From contig JAITKK010000225.1 of assembly GCA_031278475.1 (NCBI GenBank), positions 1-57,495 of the forward strand: a DNA stretch of 57,495 bases, given 5' to 3'. Numbering within the stretch: position 1 is the stretch's first letter; each line of letters opens with the position of its first letter. Under the pieces are notes generated by a model. That model searched no databases. It saw only the letters and a list, made by a program, of their open reading frames with translations, and was not told where the DNA came from. The position numbers and the translations under genes were made by a program. This DNA comes from Deltaproteobacteria bacterium. Lineage in GTDB: Bacteria; Desulfobacterota; Desulfarculia; Adiutricales; Adiutricaceae. Shown one piece after another: positions 9,741-19,662 of this stretch.

Positions 9741-11005
9741 CAGCCCTCCTTCCACAGAAGGGAGAGATCCCTGTGGAAGCCAGGGTAGGAGATGGGGATG
9801 GAGTCATCCCCCAGTATCGGGGTCTTCGCCCCGGCGGCCACCAAGGCGAGGGTAAGGGTCATGGCCAGGCGGTGGTCGCCCCCTGAGTCAAGGGATGCGG
9901 GTATTATGAAGGAGGTAGGGCCGTTTATGTGCAGGTCGTCGCCCTCTATCCATACCCTCGCGCCAAGGGCCCCCAGCTGGTGGCGTATGCTCATGAGCCG
10001 GTCGGTCTCCTTTATGCGCAGCTCGTCCACCTTCCTGAACACGGTGGTGCCCTCGGCCTGGGTCGCGGCCAAGGCGAGTATCGGGATCTCGTCGATAAGC
10101 GACGGGACGTCGGATGCCAGGACCTCGGTCGCGCGGAGCCTTCCCTGGTAGCTGACCGTGACATCCCCTATGGGCTCGGGCGTGTCGGAGCTCATGGTGA
10201 CGGACACCTTAGCCCCCATGCGCTCCAAGGCCCTCAGGAAGCCGGTGCGGCCCGGGGCCAGGAGCATGTTTTTGGCGGTGATGTCGGAGTTTGGGATGAC
10301 TGCCGCCATGCACAGGAAGAAGGCGGCCCCGGAGGGGTCGGCCGGGCAGGGGAAGCTCCCGCCCAGTTGCAGGGTCCCCGGGTAGACCGTGTGCCTTAGC
10401 CCGTCGGATGCCACATGGGCCCCGAAATGGGAAAGGAGCCTTTCCGTGTGGGTCCTGGTCATGGCGGGCTCGGTGACGGTGGTGGGGCCGTCCTTGGCCG
10501 AGAGCCCCGCCAGGAGCACGGCACCCTTCAGCTGGGCCGAGGCGCCCTTCATGGCGTAGTCGATGGGGGAGAGGATGGCCCCGGATATCCCGAGCGGGGG
10601 TTTGCCTGCCAAGGTGCCCACCTTCGCGCCCATCTGCCTCAGGGGCTCGGCCACCCGCTCCATGGGCCTGCGCCTCAGCTGCGGGTCGCCGTCAAGGACG
10701 TAGTCGCCCGGGATGCCCGCGAGTATCCCGGACAAGAGCCTCATGGTGGTCCCAGAGTTCCCGCAGTCAAGCTCGTAGTCCTTGCCTTCCTGGATCGCCC
10801 TGGAAAGCCCCCTTATGCGCAGCCCGTCCAGCCCCTCCTCGGCCCAGCCCCCCAGCTCCCTGAAGACCTTGAGGCTGGAGGCCACGTCCTCGCAGTCGGA
10901 GAGCCCGGTCACGAGCATCTCGCCCTCTCCCAGGATGGGGAAGAGTACCAGCCTGTGGCTTATGGACTTGTCCCCGGGTGGGGTGAACTGACCTATTAAG
11001 GGCAT
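9740..11005 (-). CDS. aroA: 3-phosphoshikimate 1-carboxyvinyltransferase (EPSP synthase)
   Basis: ORF 9740..11104. The conserved start MPLIGQFTPPGDKSISHRL is at the ATG at 11005. Also has LDCGNSGTTMRLL and RIKETDRL motifs. Confidence 0.93.
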   Translation of the reverse strand: MPLIGQFTPPGDKSISHRLVLFPILGEGEMLVTGLSDCEDVASSLKVFRELGGWAEEGLDGLRIRGLSRAIQEGKDYELDCGNSGTTMRLLSGILAGIPGDYVLDGDPQLRRRPMERVAEPLRQMGAKVGTLAGKPPLGISGAILSPIDYAMKGASAQLKGAVLLAGLSAKDGPTTVTEPAMTRTHTERLLSHFGAHVASDGLRHTVYPGTLQLGGSFPCPADPSGAAFFLCMAAVIPNSDITAKNMLLAPGRTGFLRALERMGAKVSVTMSSDTPEPIGDVTVSYQGRLRATEVLASDVPSLIDEIPILALAATQAEGTTVFRKVDELRIKETDRLMSIRHQLGALGARVWIEGDDLHINGPTSFIIPASLDSGGDHRLAMTLTLALVAAGAKTPILGDDSIPISYPGFHRDLSLLWKEG

Positions 11006-12097
11006 GGGTTTCCTTGGGCCAAGGGGGCTATGCGCATGGCTCCCAAGATGGGCCTTGCGCCTATTGACAATGGCAATTATCACGCAAGTCCGGATTTTAA
11101 GCAAGAAGCGGGGGGCGGGTCATGGCTTGCGGGGCTGCGGGCTTGCGGGTTGCCCTATCCTCCATGGGGAGGGCTTTTGTGCTTGGGGCCAAGGCAAGAG
11201 AACGGGAAAGGCAGGAAAAGGCAGGGAATCTGCGGGGGATCGGCAAATCATGCCAAAGCCAGCAACGATTGCATGAAATGCGGGATGTTTGTGCGCTGTT
11301 AGGCGAACCTGTGGCCAGAGACGGCAAGGGAAGCCCTGACTGGCGGCAAGGAATCCCATGCAAGCACATGCGGGCTTGTATCCTTTGCCTTTGTGATCGG
11401 ATACCGGATATAACTAACAATAATAACCCGCAACAATTTGGAATCGGTCATGGGGGCGTACCCCAAGGAATGTCCCCCCATTGCCGAATATCAGCCACAT
11501 GCGCTTGCCAGTATATGTCCAGGCGATGTCCAGGCAATGGTAGCGATGGCCAGGCAATCGCCAAGCAATGGTGGCAACGCCATGCCTTGGCCAACGGGTG
11601 TTGGACGAGGCGCAAGTCCCGGAAGTGATCCAAGGCAAGCAAGCGGCCGTAGCTTTGGACTGCATATCAAGCCCGCGGCAGGAGGTCGCTCCCTTATGGG
11701 CTTCCGGGCCTTGCGGCATTTTCGGAAATGGCCCGGGGTCACCCACAAAAGAGAAAGCCGCCCGTCGTTTGCGGCATGGCTTGCGTGCGCGGGCAAAGGA
11801 TGCGCGACCTGTGCTCCTTGGTCCTGATCAACACCCAAGGAGTGGGTAACCCCGGCCTGAGAAAGCCCTGCTTTTGGCGGCCAATGTGGACTTTCAGGCC
11901 TGACAGGTGATATAGTAGGGCGGAAGTTATTATTGACGGGTAAACGGTTAAATTTATTTTTCCGGCCCCAAGATTGGTTTTTGGCCTTCCTTTCCGGCCC
12001 TGGTCATGCGGGACCCTAAGGGGCCCCGCAAAGCCTGGCGGGTGCCCTTCCCCCGCGCGGGGACTTGGCGGCAGTGTCGGACCAAAAGGAGATATTC

Positions 12098-12478
12098 ATG
12101 ACGGTTGGCTCAGGACAAAGCGTTTTAATAGTGGATGATTCCCCGGTCATGCGCCAGATGCTTTTCAAGCTGTTCGATTCCCAGGGTTTCAATGTGGTTG
12201 GCCAAGCCAGCGACGGGGAGGAGGCCCTGCGCATGTTCGAGGAACTCAAGCCTGAGCTAACCACCCTTGACATCGTAATGCCCAAGCTGAGGGGCACGGA
12301 CGTGTTGGAGCGGCTTATGGCGAAGTACCCCGACTCGCGGATCATAATGGCCTCCTCCGTCTCGGATGCGAGGACGGTCATGCACTGCCTTAAGATCGGG
12401 GCCAAACAGTACATAATCAAACCATACGACGAGGAAAAGGTGATGCAGGCAGTGCGCAAGGCCCTGGACCTCGCCTGA
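12098..12478 (+). CDS. cheY: CheY-like single-domain response regulator
   Basis: ATG at 12098 preceded by AAAGGAG. Has VLIVDDSPVMR, the phosphoacceptor context LTTLDIVMPKL, and IIKPY. About 126 aa, directly upstream of cheA. Confidence 0.9.
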   Translation: MTVGSGQSVLIVDDSPVMRQMLFKLFDSQGFNVVGQASDGEEALRMFEELKPELTTLDIVMPKLRGTDVLERLMAKYPDSRIIMASSVSDARTVMHCLKIGAKQYIIKPYDEEKVMQAVRKALDLA

Positions 12479-12591
12479 CCCCGCCTTGCCGGCGGTTCAC
12501 GGAGACCAAAAGCCAAAAGACCCTAAAAATCCCATGAGGCCGGAAGGGCCCCCTGAGGCAGAATCCAGAAAGGAGGATGCCGGAGGAAAAG

Positions 12592-14760
12592 ATGAGCGTT
12601 AGTGACGAAAATATCGCCGAATTGTTCGAGCAGTACAAGGACGAGGTCCGGGAAACCATAGAGACCCTCGACAACGAGCTGGTCAGCCTGGAGCAGGATC
12701 CATCCAACAGCGAGACCATTTTTTCCCTCTTCCGGCACATGCACTCGCTCAAAGGCTCCTCCAAGATGTTCAACGTGGACAACATAGCCACGATTGCCCA
12801 TCGCCTCGAGGACCTGATGAGCATCATAGACAAGAACAACGCGATCTTAAACAAGTACCCGAAGATCGTGGATCTGCTCTTCAAGGGCAACGACATCTTC
12901 CGCGACATAATAGCGAGGTTGGAAGAAGACATATCCTACACGGCCATGACCGCCGACCACATGGCGTTCGTGGGCGAGATACAGGCGCAGATTGACAAGA
13001 TCAACCGCAGGGACTCCCAGCTTCTGGACGCCGCCAAGAAGCTGGTGGAGGATATCGAGGCCGTGATCCCCACCTTGGAGGAGAACGAGGCCGAGATCAT
13101 CAAAAAAGACGTGGCCGACGTGAACACGGGGCTCGCGCTCGCGACCCTTGAGGAGGACGGGGCCAACCAGATACGCTTCAACTACAACGGGGCTGATTTG
13201 ACCGAGACCGTCAGGGTGATGGAGGAGACCCTGGGGAGGTTCAAGGAGGAAAAGCAGACCCCGGAGGACGGGCAGACCTTCCTGGAGGCTGCGAACGCCC
13301 TATACACGACCTTGGCCGAGGTGGCCACCGAGGATGCCATGGGGCTCATCGCGGAGCTGGGCGACGGCTTGCAGCTCTTCACCGACAGGAAGCTCGAGAT
13401 GGACCAGATGACCGTGAGCTTCTTCTCCGAGATGCTGGACGGGCTCAAGCAGAAGTTCCAGGTGGAGGTGGAGGCCCCGGCCGTAAAGACCACCCGCGCC
13501 TCCAAGACCTCCTCCCAGGTCAAGGAACCCCAGGTAAAGACGATAAGGGTCGACGAGGCCAAGATAGACCAGTTCTTGGAATCCGTGGGAAGGCTCATAA
13601 CCAAGTCGGAGATCCTAAACCACCTGCAGTTCTCCTTCAGGCAGGCCGGGGTCGACGCTGGGCTCCTAAGGGACTTCGCGACGGTGTCCAGGACCATCTC
13701 CAACGACATAGTGAACCTGCAGCGCTCCATCATGGAGGTGCGCCAGGTGGAGATGAACAACATCCTGAAGAAGTTCCCGAGGCTCGTCAGGGACATCTCC
13801 CACAAGATAGGCAAGGAGGCCGAGATGGTCATAGTGGGCGAGCGGGTGCCCATAGACAAGAGCCTCCTGGACGACGTGGAGCAGGCCATGGTCCACATCG
13901 TGAGGAACGCGGTGGATCACGGGCTCGAGACCCCGGACGAGAGGCTGGCCGCGGGCAAACCCCGCCGGGGCACGGTGAACATCACCGTGACCCAGGAGGA
14001 GGCCGCCATCCTCATAGAGGTGTCGGACGACGGGAGGGGCCTGGATCTCCAGAAGATAAAGGCCAAGGCCCTGGAACGTGGCTTCATAACCCCGGAGCAG
14101 GAGCAGACCATGCCTGACAAGGAGGCCGAGATGCTGGTGTTCAGCTCCGGGCTCTCCACCAAGGACCAGGCGACGGATCTCTCAGGCAGGGGCGTGGGCA
14201 TGGACGTCGTCATGACCAACCTCAAGAAATGGAACGGCGAGGTGCTCATAGACAACAAGCCGGGCGAGGGCCTGGCCGTGGGGCTCAGGCTTCCCATAAC
14301 CAACACCCTGCTGACCAAGGAGGCCATCATGATCCGGGTCAGCACCTCCACCTTCTGCCTGCCCCTTGAGTTCGTAAACGAGATAGTGACCGTCCCCAAA
14401 GAGGACGTGCACCACCACAAGGACGGGGCCGTCTTCAGGCACAGGGACATGGTCATCTCGGTGATAGACCTCAAAGGGCTCCTGGGCCTTCCCGACGCCC
14501 CCCTGGACTACGTATCCGAAGAGGAGGTCGAGGAGCCCGGCTCCTCGGTACAGGGGAACCTCGTCTTCGTCATCCTAAGGGGCAAGAACGAGACCAGGCA
14601 GTCCATACTGGCCGACGAGATACTTGGCCAGCAGAAGATAGTCATAAAGGAGTTCGAGCTTGAGACCTTCAGGAAGCTCCCCTACTTCAACGGCCTGACC
14701 CTCTTGGGCGACGGCAGGGTGGTGCTGATACTGGACACCGACAAGCTACTCGACTCCTAG
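12592..14760 (+). CDS. cheA: chemotaxis histidine kinase CheA
   Basis: HPt motif FRHMHSLKGSSKMF, HATPase blocks HIVRNAVDHGLE, DDGRGLD and GRGVGMDVV, and a C-terminal CheW-like domain. ORF opens at 12577, but the ATG at 12592 has better spacing to GGAGGA. Confidence 0.93.
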   Translation: MSVSDENIAELFEQYKDEVRETIETLDNELVSLEQDPSNSETIFSLFRHMHSLKGSSKMFNVDNIATIAHRLEDLMSIIDKNNAILNKYPKIVDLLFKGNDIFRDIIARLEEDISYTAMTADHMAFVGEIQAQIDKINRRDSQLLDAAKKLVEDIEAVIPTLEENEAEIIKKDVADVNTGLALATLEEDGANQIRFNYNGADLTETVRVMEETLGRFKEEKQTPEDGQTFLEAANALYTTLAEVATEDAMGLIAELGDGLQLFTDRKLEMDQMTVSFFSEMLDGLKQKFQVEVEAPAVKTTRASKTSSQVKEPQVKTIRVDEAKIDQFLESVGRLITKSEILNHLQFSFRQAGVDAGLLRDFATVSRTISNDIVNLQRSIMEVRQVEMNNILKKFPRLVRDISHKIGKEAEMVIVGERVPIDKSLLDDVEQAMVHIVRNAVDHGLETPDERLAAGKPRRGTVNITVTQEEAAILIEVSDDGRGLDLQKIKAKALERGFITPEQEQTMPDKEAEMLVFSSGLSTKDQATDLSGRGVGMDVVMTNLKKWNGEVLIDNKPGEGLAVGLRLPITNTLLTKEAIMIRVSTSTFCLPLEFVNEIVTVPKEDVHHHKDGAVFRHRDMVISVIDLKGLLGLPDAPLDYVSEEEVEEPGSSVQGNLVFVILRGKNETRQSILADEILGQQKIVIKEFELETFRKLPYFNGLTLLGDGRVVLILDTDKLLDS

Positions 14761-14806
14761 GCCTCAATCCCACGCCAAAGCATCCATCAGGAAAGGTGAT
14801 CCTACC

Positions 14807-15472
14807 GTGAAGCATATTACACTTCTTGCCGCAGTGGCGGCGCTCTTCCTGTCCGCGCAGGTGGCCCTGGCGCAGGCCCCGGCTGCCCCCGCTTCCCCCA
14901 CCGAGGTGGACTTCGACCGCCAGGGGGTCGCGACCCCCCAGGGGCGGGGCGACTCCGACTCAGTGCTCACCGACCTCTTCTCCGAGGAGAGGGCTGGCGG
15001 AACGGCCACACCCGCCCAAGGGCAGCCAGGCCAGGCGGCGCCCAGGGCGGTGCCCGGCCAGGCTGCCCCATCGGGCCTTACGCCTCTCGCCCCGCCCCCG
15101 GTAGCGCAACCGGCCACCCCAACCGAGAGCAACCTGACGCCTCCCGGCATCCCCAGCCCCGTGGCTCGCCCGGCTGGCCCGGGTGAGGCGGTGATAGAGC
15201 GCAGCGGGGGGGGAGTCGTCACGGCCCCGGCCGCCACCCCCTCGGCCCAGGCGACCCCTGCCGCGCAGCCCTCCCAGGCCACTCCCAAGAGGAGGAGGGC
15301 GGCCAGACCAAGGGAGCCCAAGTTCGCGAACAGCGACGAGGCCAACTGGTACTACGCCAGCAAGGCATGGATCACGCCAAACCAGGCCGACAAGCTCGGC
15401 TGCCAGTCCAGCTACGCCGCTACCTACACCCTGTACCACTTGCGCTGCATCAACCAGGTGAAGGGTTTTTAG
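14807..15472 (+). CDS. secreted Pro/Ala-rich hypothetical protein
   Basis: GTG start after AGGAAAGGTGA. Clear signal peptide MKHITLLAAVAALFLSAQVALAQA, a long low-complexity P/A/Q region, and a Cys-containing C-terminal module (KLGCQSSY...HLRCINQ). No family recognised. Confidence 0.55.
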   Translation: MKHITLLAAVAALFLSAQVALAQAPAAPASPTEVDFDRQGVATPQGRGDSDSVLTDLFSEERAGGTATPAQGQPGQAAPRAVPGQAAPSGLTPLAPPPVAQPATPTESNLTPPGIPSPVARPAGPGEAVIERSGGGVVTAPAATPSAQATPAAQPSQATPKRRRAARPREPKFANSDEANWYYASKAWITPNQADKLGCQSSYAATYTLYHLRCINQVKGF

Positions 15473-15874
15473 GGCCGTTTTTTGGCTTGCTTGGACCCAG
15501 GGCCTTCGGGCTTCCTTAGGGCCGGCATCCCCTGTGCCTGGCATCCTGAATAGGCATCCTGGCATTCAGTGGTATCCAAAGGCATGCCTTCCCGCCCTGG
15601 GGCAAAGCCCCGGCCCGAGGCATGCCTTGGTTTTGCCTATTACCCAGGTTCTTGGGGAATGGGACAGAGCCACGCTGGAAGGCCTAATTCCCAAACATTT
15701 GGCATGGCCTTGGCATGAACCAGAATTGATACCATCCCCATGGACGCAAGGCATACCCCTAGGGTAACCACCGGATATCCGGAATGCTTTGGGACCAACG
15801 TCCGCTTACCTCGCAATCGCACGACAAATCCAATTGCGCCAAGTTGCAAGTTATTATGGGGAATCATTGCGGCA

Positions 15875-15951
15875 TAGCCAAATCCGCTAGCCAAACCCGC
15901 TAGCCAAATACGCTAGCCAAATACGCTAGCCAATCCGCTAGCCAAACCCGC
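15875..15951. repeat. tandem repeat, 13-bp unit TAGCCAAAYMCGC, 6 copies
   Basis: Units at 15875, 15888, 15901, 15914, 15927 (12 bp) and 15939. Read directly. Confidence 0.9.
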
Positions 15952-16204
15952 CAAAATGCACGCAAATATTGTCTTATTATGCAAATGTCATTTGGCATTG
16001 TTGGCGTTAAATGCTTGCAACCATAATTTTGGCGCATTTTTATTGGGATAAATTAAAACGATTGTGAGATCCGATCGATTGCTTGGGTTACGACTGCGCA
16101 TCAGTCCAGACATGCCAAGGGCGTATTTCCGCATAGTAGGCTCTAACCTTTAGGCAAGGCCGGGATAACGCGGTAGTTGGCCAAAGGCAGCTGTTGGGCA
16201 TCTT

Positions 16205-16253
16205 CTCCCCTGGCTTTTCTTCCTTGGCTTTTCTCCCCTGGCTTTTGCCTTGG
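16205..16253. repeat. tandem repeat, 14-bp unit CTYCCYTGGCTTTT, about 3.5 copies
   Basis: ctcccctggctttt / cttccttggctttt / ctcccctggctttt / gccttgg, in the spacer upstream of hom. Confidence 0.85.
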
Positions 16254-16463
16254 TTGAAAATGTCGTTAAGTTTGGTGTTGTGAAAAACAATGTAATGTTA
16301 TAGTATCTTGTGTTTTTGGATAATGGCTTCCGTCCCCGCCTTTGGCGGAGCGCAGGGTTTTCCCTTGGGGCTATTGCAATATTAGGCAAATTGTCCAGGG
16401 GTGCCTGTCCTTGGGCGGATATCAAAGATACTATCGGGCAAAGCCCGATCACATGGGGCGCGC

Positions 16464-17786
16464 ATGGTAACTAATGTAGGGATGCTGGGCTACGGCACGG
16501 TGGGCGCAGGTGTCGCTTGGATCATGTTCGGCCAGGGCGAGCTTCTCAGCCAGAAGGTGGGGCACCCGCTGAGGCTCGTGAAGGCGGTTGTGAGGGATCT
16601 CGCGGCCAAAAGGGACAACCCCCCGCCCCTTGGTTTTCTGACCGACGACCCCCTGGAGGTGGTGGGGAACCCTGACATCCAGGTGGTGGTGGAGGTCATG
16701 GGCGGCATAGAGCCCGCCCGTTCCCTGATACTGAGGGCCCTGGAGTCAGGCCAGCACGTGGTGACCGCCAACAAGGCCCTTTTGGCGACCCACGGGAGGG
16801 AGCTCTTCGACACGGCTGCGGCCCACGGCCGTGAGCTAAACTTCGAGGCGGCCGCTGCAGGGGCCATCCCGGTCATAAGGACCCTCAAGGAGGGGCTGGC
16901 CGCCAACCGCATAAGGAGCGTCTTCGGGATCCTTAACGGGACCACCAACTACATCCTGGACCTGATGACCAAGGACAGGACGCACTCCGTGCCCTACGAG
17001 GCCCACCTGAAGGCTGCCCAGGACCTGGGCTATGCCGAGGCCGACCCCACCATGGACGTGGACGGCACGGACGCCGCCCAGAAGCTGGTGCTGCTCACGG
17101 CCTTAGCCTACGGGACGCTCCCCACGGTCGACGACGTGCGGCCGGAGGGCATAACCAGGCTGGAGCCCCTGGACTTCGTGTTCGCGGACGAGCTGGGCTA
17201 TGTCATCAAGCTCTTGGCCATGGCGAACCTGCCCAAGGAGGGCGGCCGCCTGGAGGTTAGGCTCAAGCCCACCATGATACCCAAGGAGCACCTCCTGGCA
17301 GGGGTCCCAGGTGCCATGAACGCCGTGATGATAAGGGGGCACGCCGCAGGCGACATCTTCCTGTCCGGCGCGGGCGCCGGGATGAGGCCCACCGCGTCAG
17401 CCGTGGTGGGCGACATCATAGACACGGCCAAGGTGGGGGCCACGGGGCACCCCAGCGCCCAGCCATCCCTCGGCTGGCACGGCATCAAGGCCGAGGGCAT
17501 ACTTCCCCCGGGAGAGTCCAGGACCCGGCACTTCCTCAGGTTCACGGTAAGGGATCTGCCGGGGGTGCTCTCCGCCATAAGCGGCATCCTCGGAAGGCAC
17601 GGCATATCCATAGCGCAGGTTATACAGAGGGGCTCAGGCCCGGAGGGGGCCCCGGTAACCCTTGTCATGCTCACCCACACCGCGAAGGAGAAGGACGTCG
17701 AGGAGGCGCTGGTGGAGGCCTCCCGCCTGGATGCCCTCACAGCCGGGACAAGGCGGGTGACGGTGGAGGATTTCGGGGACAAGTAA
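16464..17786 (+). CDS. hom: homoserine dehydrogenase
   Basis: ORF 16401..17786. The conserved N-terminus MVTNVGMLGYGTVGAGV starts at the ATG at 16464. Also has VVTANKALLA, EAAAAGAIPVIR, ILNGTTNYIL and a C-terminal ACT-like domain. Confidence 0.92.
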   Translation: MVTNVGMLGYGTVGAGVAWIMFGQGELLSQKVGHPLRLVKAVVRDLAAKRDNPPPLGFLTDDPLEVVGNPDIQVVVEVMGGIEPARSLILRALESGQHVVTANKALLATHGRELFDTAAAHGRELNFEAAAAGAIPVIRTLKEGLAANRIRSVFGILNGTTNYILDLMTKDRTHSVPYEAHLKAAQDLGYAEADPTMDVDGTDAAQKLVLLTALAYGTLPTVDDVRPEGITRLEPLDFVFADELGYVIKLLAMANLPKEGGRLEVRLKPTMIPKEHLLAGVPGAMNAVMIRGHAAGDIFLSGAGAGMRPTASAVVGDIIDTAKVGATGHPSAQPSLGWHGIKAEGILPPGESRTRHFLRFTVRDLPGVLSAISGILGRHGISIAQVIQRGSGPEGAPVTLVMLTHTAKEKDVEEALVEASRLDALTAGTRRVTVEDFGDK

Positions 17787-17832
17787 GCGCCAGTAAGCGC
17801 CAGTGAGCGCCAGTAAGCGCCAGTAAGCGCCA
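17783..17832. repeat. tandem repeat, 10-bp unit GTRAGCGCCA, 5 copies, starting inside the hom stop codon
   Basis: gtaagcgcca x2, gtgagcgcca, gtaagcgcca x2. The hom TAA (17784..17786) is part of unit 1. Confidence 0.9.
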
Positions 17833-17929
17833 GGCCACAGCTAAGCGCGGCTAGGCGCAAGTGGGCGCTTAAACGAACGGCCTTCCCGGAGGCTTTCGCG
17901 GGCCCCGTTGAAAGTCTGAGGGCGGGGCC

Positions 17930-18517
17930 TTAGGCCCCGCCCTCAGAGCAGCCGTAGAGGCAGCCGCAGTAAGACTGCCGGTATAGCCCCAGTTCCCTTG
18001 CCAGCCTCATGCCCTCCTTGTGCCCCGCCCTGAAATCCTCGTAGTGGAAAGCCACCCCGAACTCCTTTGCCGCCTTGCCCCCTTCCTCCCTTATGACGTC
18101 GTGCTTCTGCTGCCTGCTGAAAAGAAGAGTGGTGGTAAAGGCGGGAAGGCCCCGCTCCCTCGCGGTCTCCGCGGCCTTCCTGAGCCTCAGGCGGTAGCAG
18201 GCGGCGCACCTGTCTGGTGAGAGGGCAACTGGCCCCACGGCCTCCAGGAAGTCCTTCGGCCTGTAGGGCGCGAACTCCATGGAAAGACTGCCAGGGGCGG
18301 CAACAGGAGCCGATCGCAGGGCCCCCAGGAAGGCGAGGGAGTCCCTGCGCCTCTGGTATTCCCAAGGGGGCTGGATGTTGGGGTTGTAGAAATAGAGGAG
18401 GATGTCCAGGCCCCGGCCCAAAAGCTCCCCCAAGGGGTAGCCGGCGCAGGGGCCGCAGCAGGCGTGGAGGAGGAGCCCCTGGCCTTTGGCCAGGGGCTTG
18501 GCTGGGCCCAGGCTCAC
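17930..18517 (-). CDS. queH: epoxyqueuosine reductase QueH (DUF208 family)
   Basis: C-terminal 196 aa of ORF 17930..18796: LLLHACCGPCAGYPL, NPNIQPPWEY, CAACYRLRL, LYRQSYCGCLY. The probable GTG start at 18517 overlaps the upstream kinase stop (GTGA). The rest of the ORF overlaps the kinase gene in another frame. Confidence 0.8.
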   Translation of the reverse strand: MSLGPAKPLAKGQGLLLHACCGPCAGYPLGELLGRGLDILLYFYNPNIQPPWEYQRRRDSLAFLGALRSAPVAAPGSLSMEFAPYRPKDFLEAVGPVALSPDRCAACYRLRLRKAAETARERGLPAFTTTLLFSRQQKHDVIREEGGKAAKEFGVAFHYEDFRAGHKEGMRLARELGLYRQSYCGCLYGCSEGGA

Positions 18518-19647
18518 CTCGGCCGGGCCTGGTCGCCCACGAAATAGGTGAACCTGAAGGTGGAGCCCTTGCGGGGCGAGGTGGTCGCGTCCACCTCGCC
18601 CTTGTGCTTGAGCACGAGGGATCTGACTATGGCAAGGGAGACTCCCACCCCCACCTCGCCCTTGGTGGAAAACAGCGGCTCGAAGGCGTGGCGCAGGGTG
18701 CGCTGGTCCATGCCCCTGCCGTTGTCCTTGACCTCGGACACCAGGTACTGGCCGTCGCGCCACGCGGTGACCGTGATGGTGGGCGTGCCGGCGCACTGGA
18801 TGAGGGCCTCCAGGGCGTTCATCTCAAGGGCATGGTAGATGGTGAAAAGGTCGTCGTAGACGACGTTCTGGGGTTCCAGGCCCCTGGAGTCGTTCACGAA
18901 GTTGACCTTGGGTATGAGCTCCGCGAGTGTCCTGGACTCCTCGGGGGGGCTTTTGGCGACCGTTTCCTTGATGGACTCCCAGGCGGCGTCGGCCGCCTGG
19001 GAGACAAGGACCCTAGCGGCGTCCGCCTCCTTTCCGGCGGCGTCCATCTGGGAGAGCCTGTCGAGGAGCCCCACCGCCGTGCGGATGGAGTCAAGGCCGT
19101 CTTTCAGGAACTCCTTTTTCTTCCCAAGGCTCTGCCCATCGTCCGAGAAGTCTATGAGCGCGAGCGATCCCATGGTCGCGGACAGGATGTTCTTGAAGTT
19201 GTGGTCCAGCCAGCCAGCGAGCTCCACCTGGCCCGCGAGCCGAACCTTCGCCTCCTCGTTGCGCCGGGCCAGGAGCCCGTCCTGGTGCCGTCTCAGGTAG
19301 TCTTCCGCGAGCTTGGGCAGATCGTTGTAGAAGCCCATGTTCTTGACGACGTAGTCGAAGGCCCCGGCGAGCATCGCTTCCCTGGCCAAGGTCTCGCTCC
19401 CGAGCCCGGTCACGAACACCACAAGGGACCCAGGGTCCAGCTTTTTGACCGCCTTCAGGAAGTTGATGCCGTTTCCGGCCGATAGGTACTGGTTGGTGAA
19501 GACGAGATCCGGCCTGCGCTCCTGGTAGATTGCCAGCGCCTCGGTCTGGTTGTCCGTCGCCCTGGCCTCGTAGCCGGCACCCTTGAGCGTGTCGGCCATG
19601 CAGTCGGCCGCGGCCATGTTGGACTCGTTTATCAGGATGAGGGTCAA
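18514..19647 (-). CDS. histidine kinase with N-terminal receiver-like (probably pseudo-receiver) domain
   Basis: TTG start. REC-like fold MTLILINES...DLVFTNQYL...VVFVTG...FDYVVKN. H-box HNFKNILSATMGSL and HATPase blocks VKDNGRGMD and FEPLFSTKGEVGVGVSLAIV. The acidic pocket and phosphoacceptor positions read NES and N rather than DD and D. Confidence 0.85.
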   Translation of the reverse strand: MTLILINESNMAAADCMADTLKGAGYEARATDNQTEALAIYQERRPDLVFTNQYLSAGNGINFLKAVKKLDPGSLVVFVTGLGSETLAREAMLAGAFDYVVKNMGFYNDLPKLAEDYLRRHQDGLLARRNEEAKVRLAGQVELAGWLDHNFKNILSATMGSLALIDFSDDGQSLGKKKEFLKDGLDSIRTAVGLLDRLSQMDAAGKEADAARVLVSQAADAAWESIKETVAKSPPEESRTLAELIPKVNFVNDSRGLEPQNVVYDDLFTIYHALEMNALEALIQCAGTPTITVTAWRDGQYLVSEVKDNGRGMDQRTLRHAFEPLFSTKGEVGVGVSLAIVRSLVLKHKGEVDATTSPRKGSTFRFTYFVGDQARPR

Positions 19648-19662
19648 TTGGGGGGTCCCCGG

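Noticed and set aside
8605-9807. 400-aa ORF on the minus strand overlapping aroE and aroK/aroB in another frame
   Set aside because: The translation is extremely Arg/Pro/Gly-rich. The alternative frames carry clear AroE and AroK motifs.
11006-12097. Multiple 60-170 aa ORFs in the 1.1 kb spacer between aroA and cheY
   Set aside because: They are mutually overlapping on both strands and Cys/Arg/Trp-rich, with no motifs or RBS. The spacer looks non-coding, though an RNA element cannot be excluded.
18217-19485. 422-aa ORF on the plus strand
   Set aside because: It is antisense to the well-supported REC-histidine kinase and queH genes. Its translation is Gly/Arg/Pro/Val-rich with no motifs, which is typical of a shadow ORF in GC-rich DNA.
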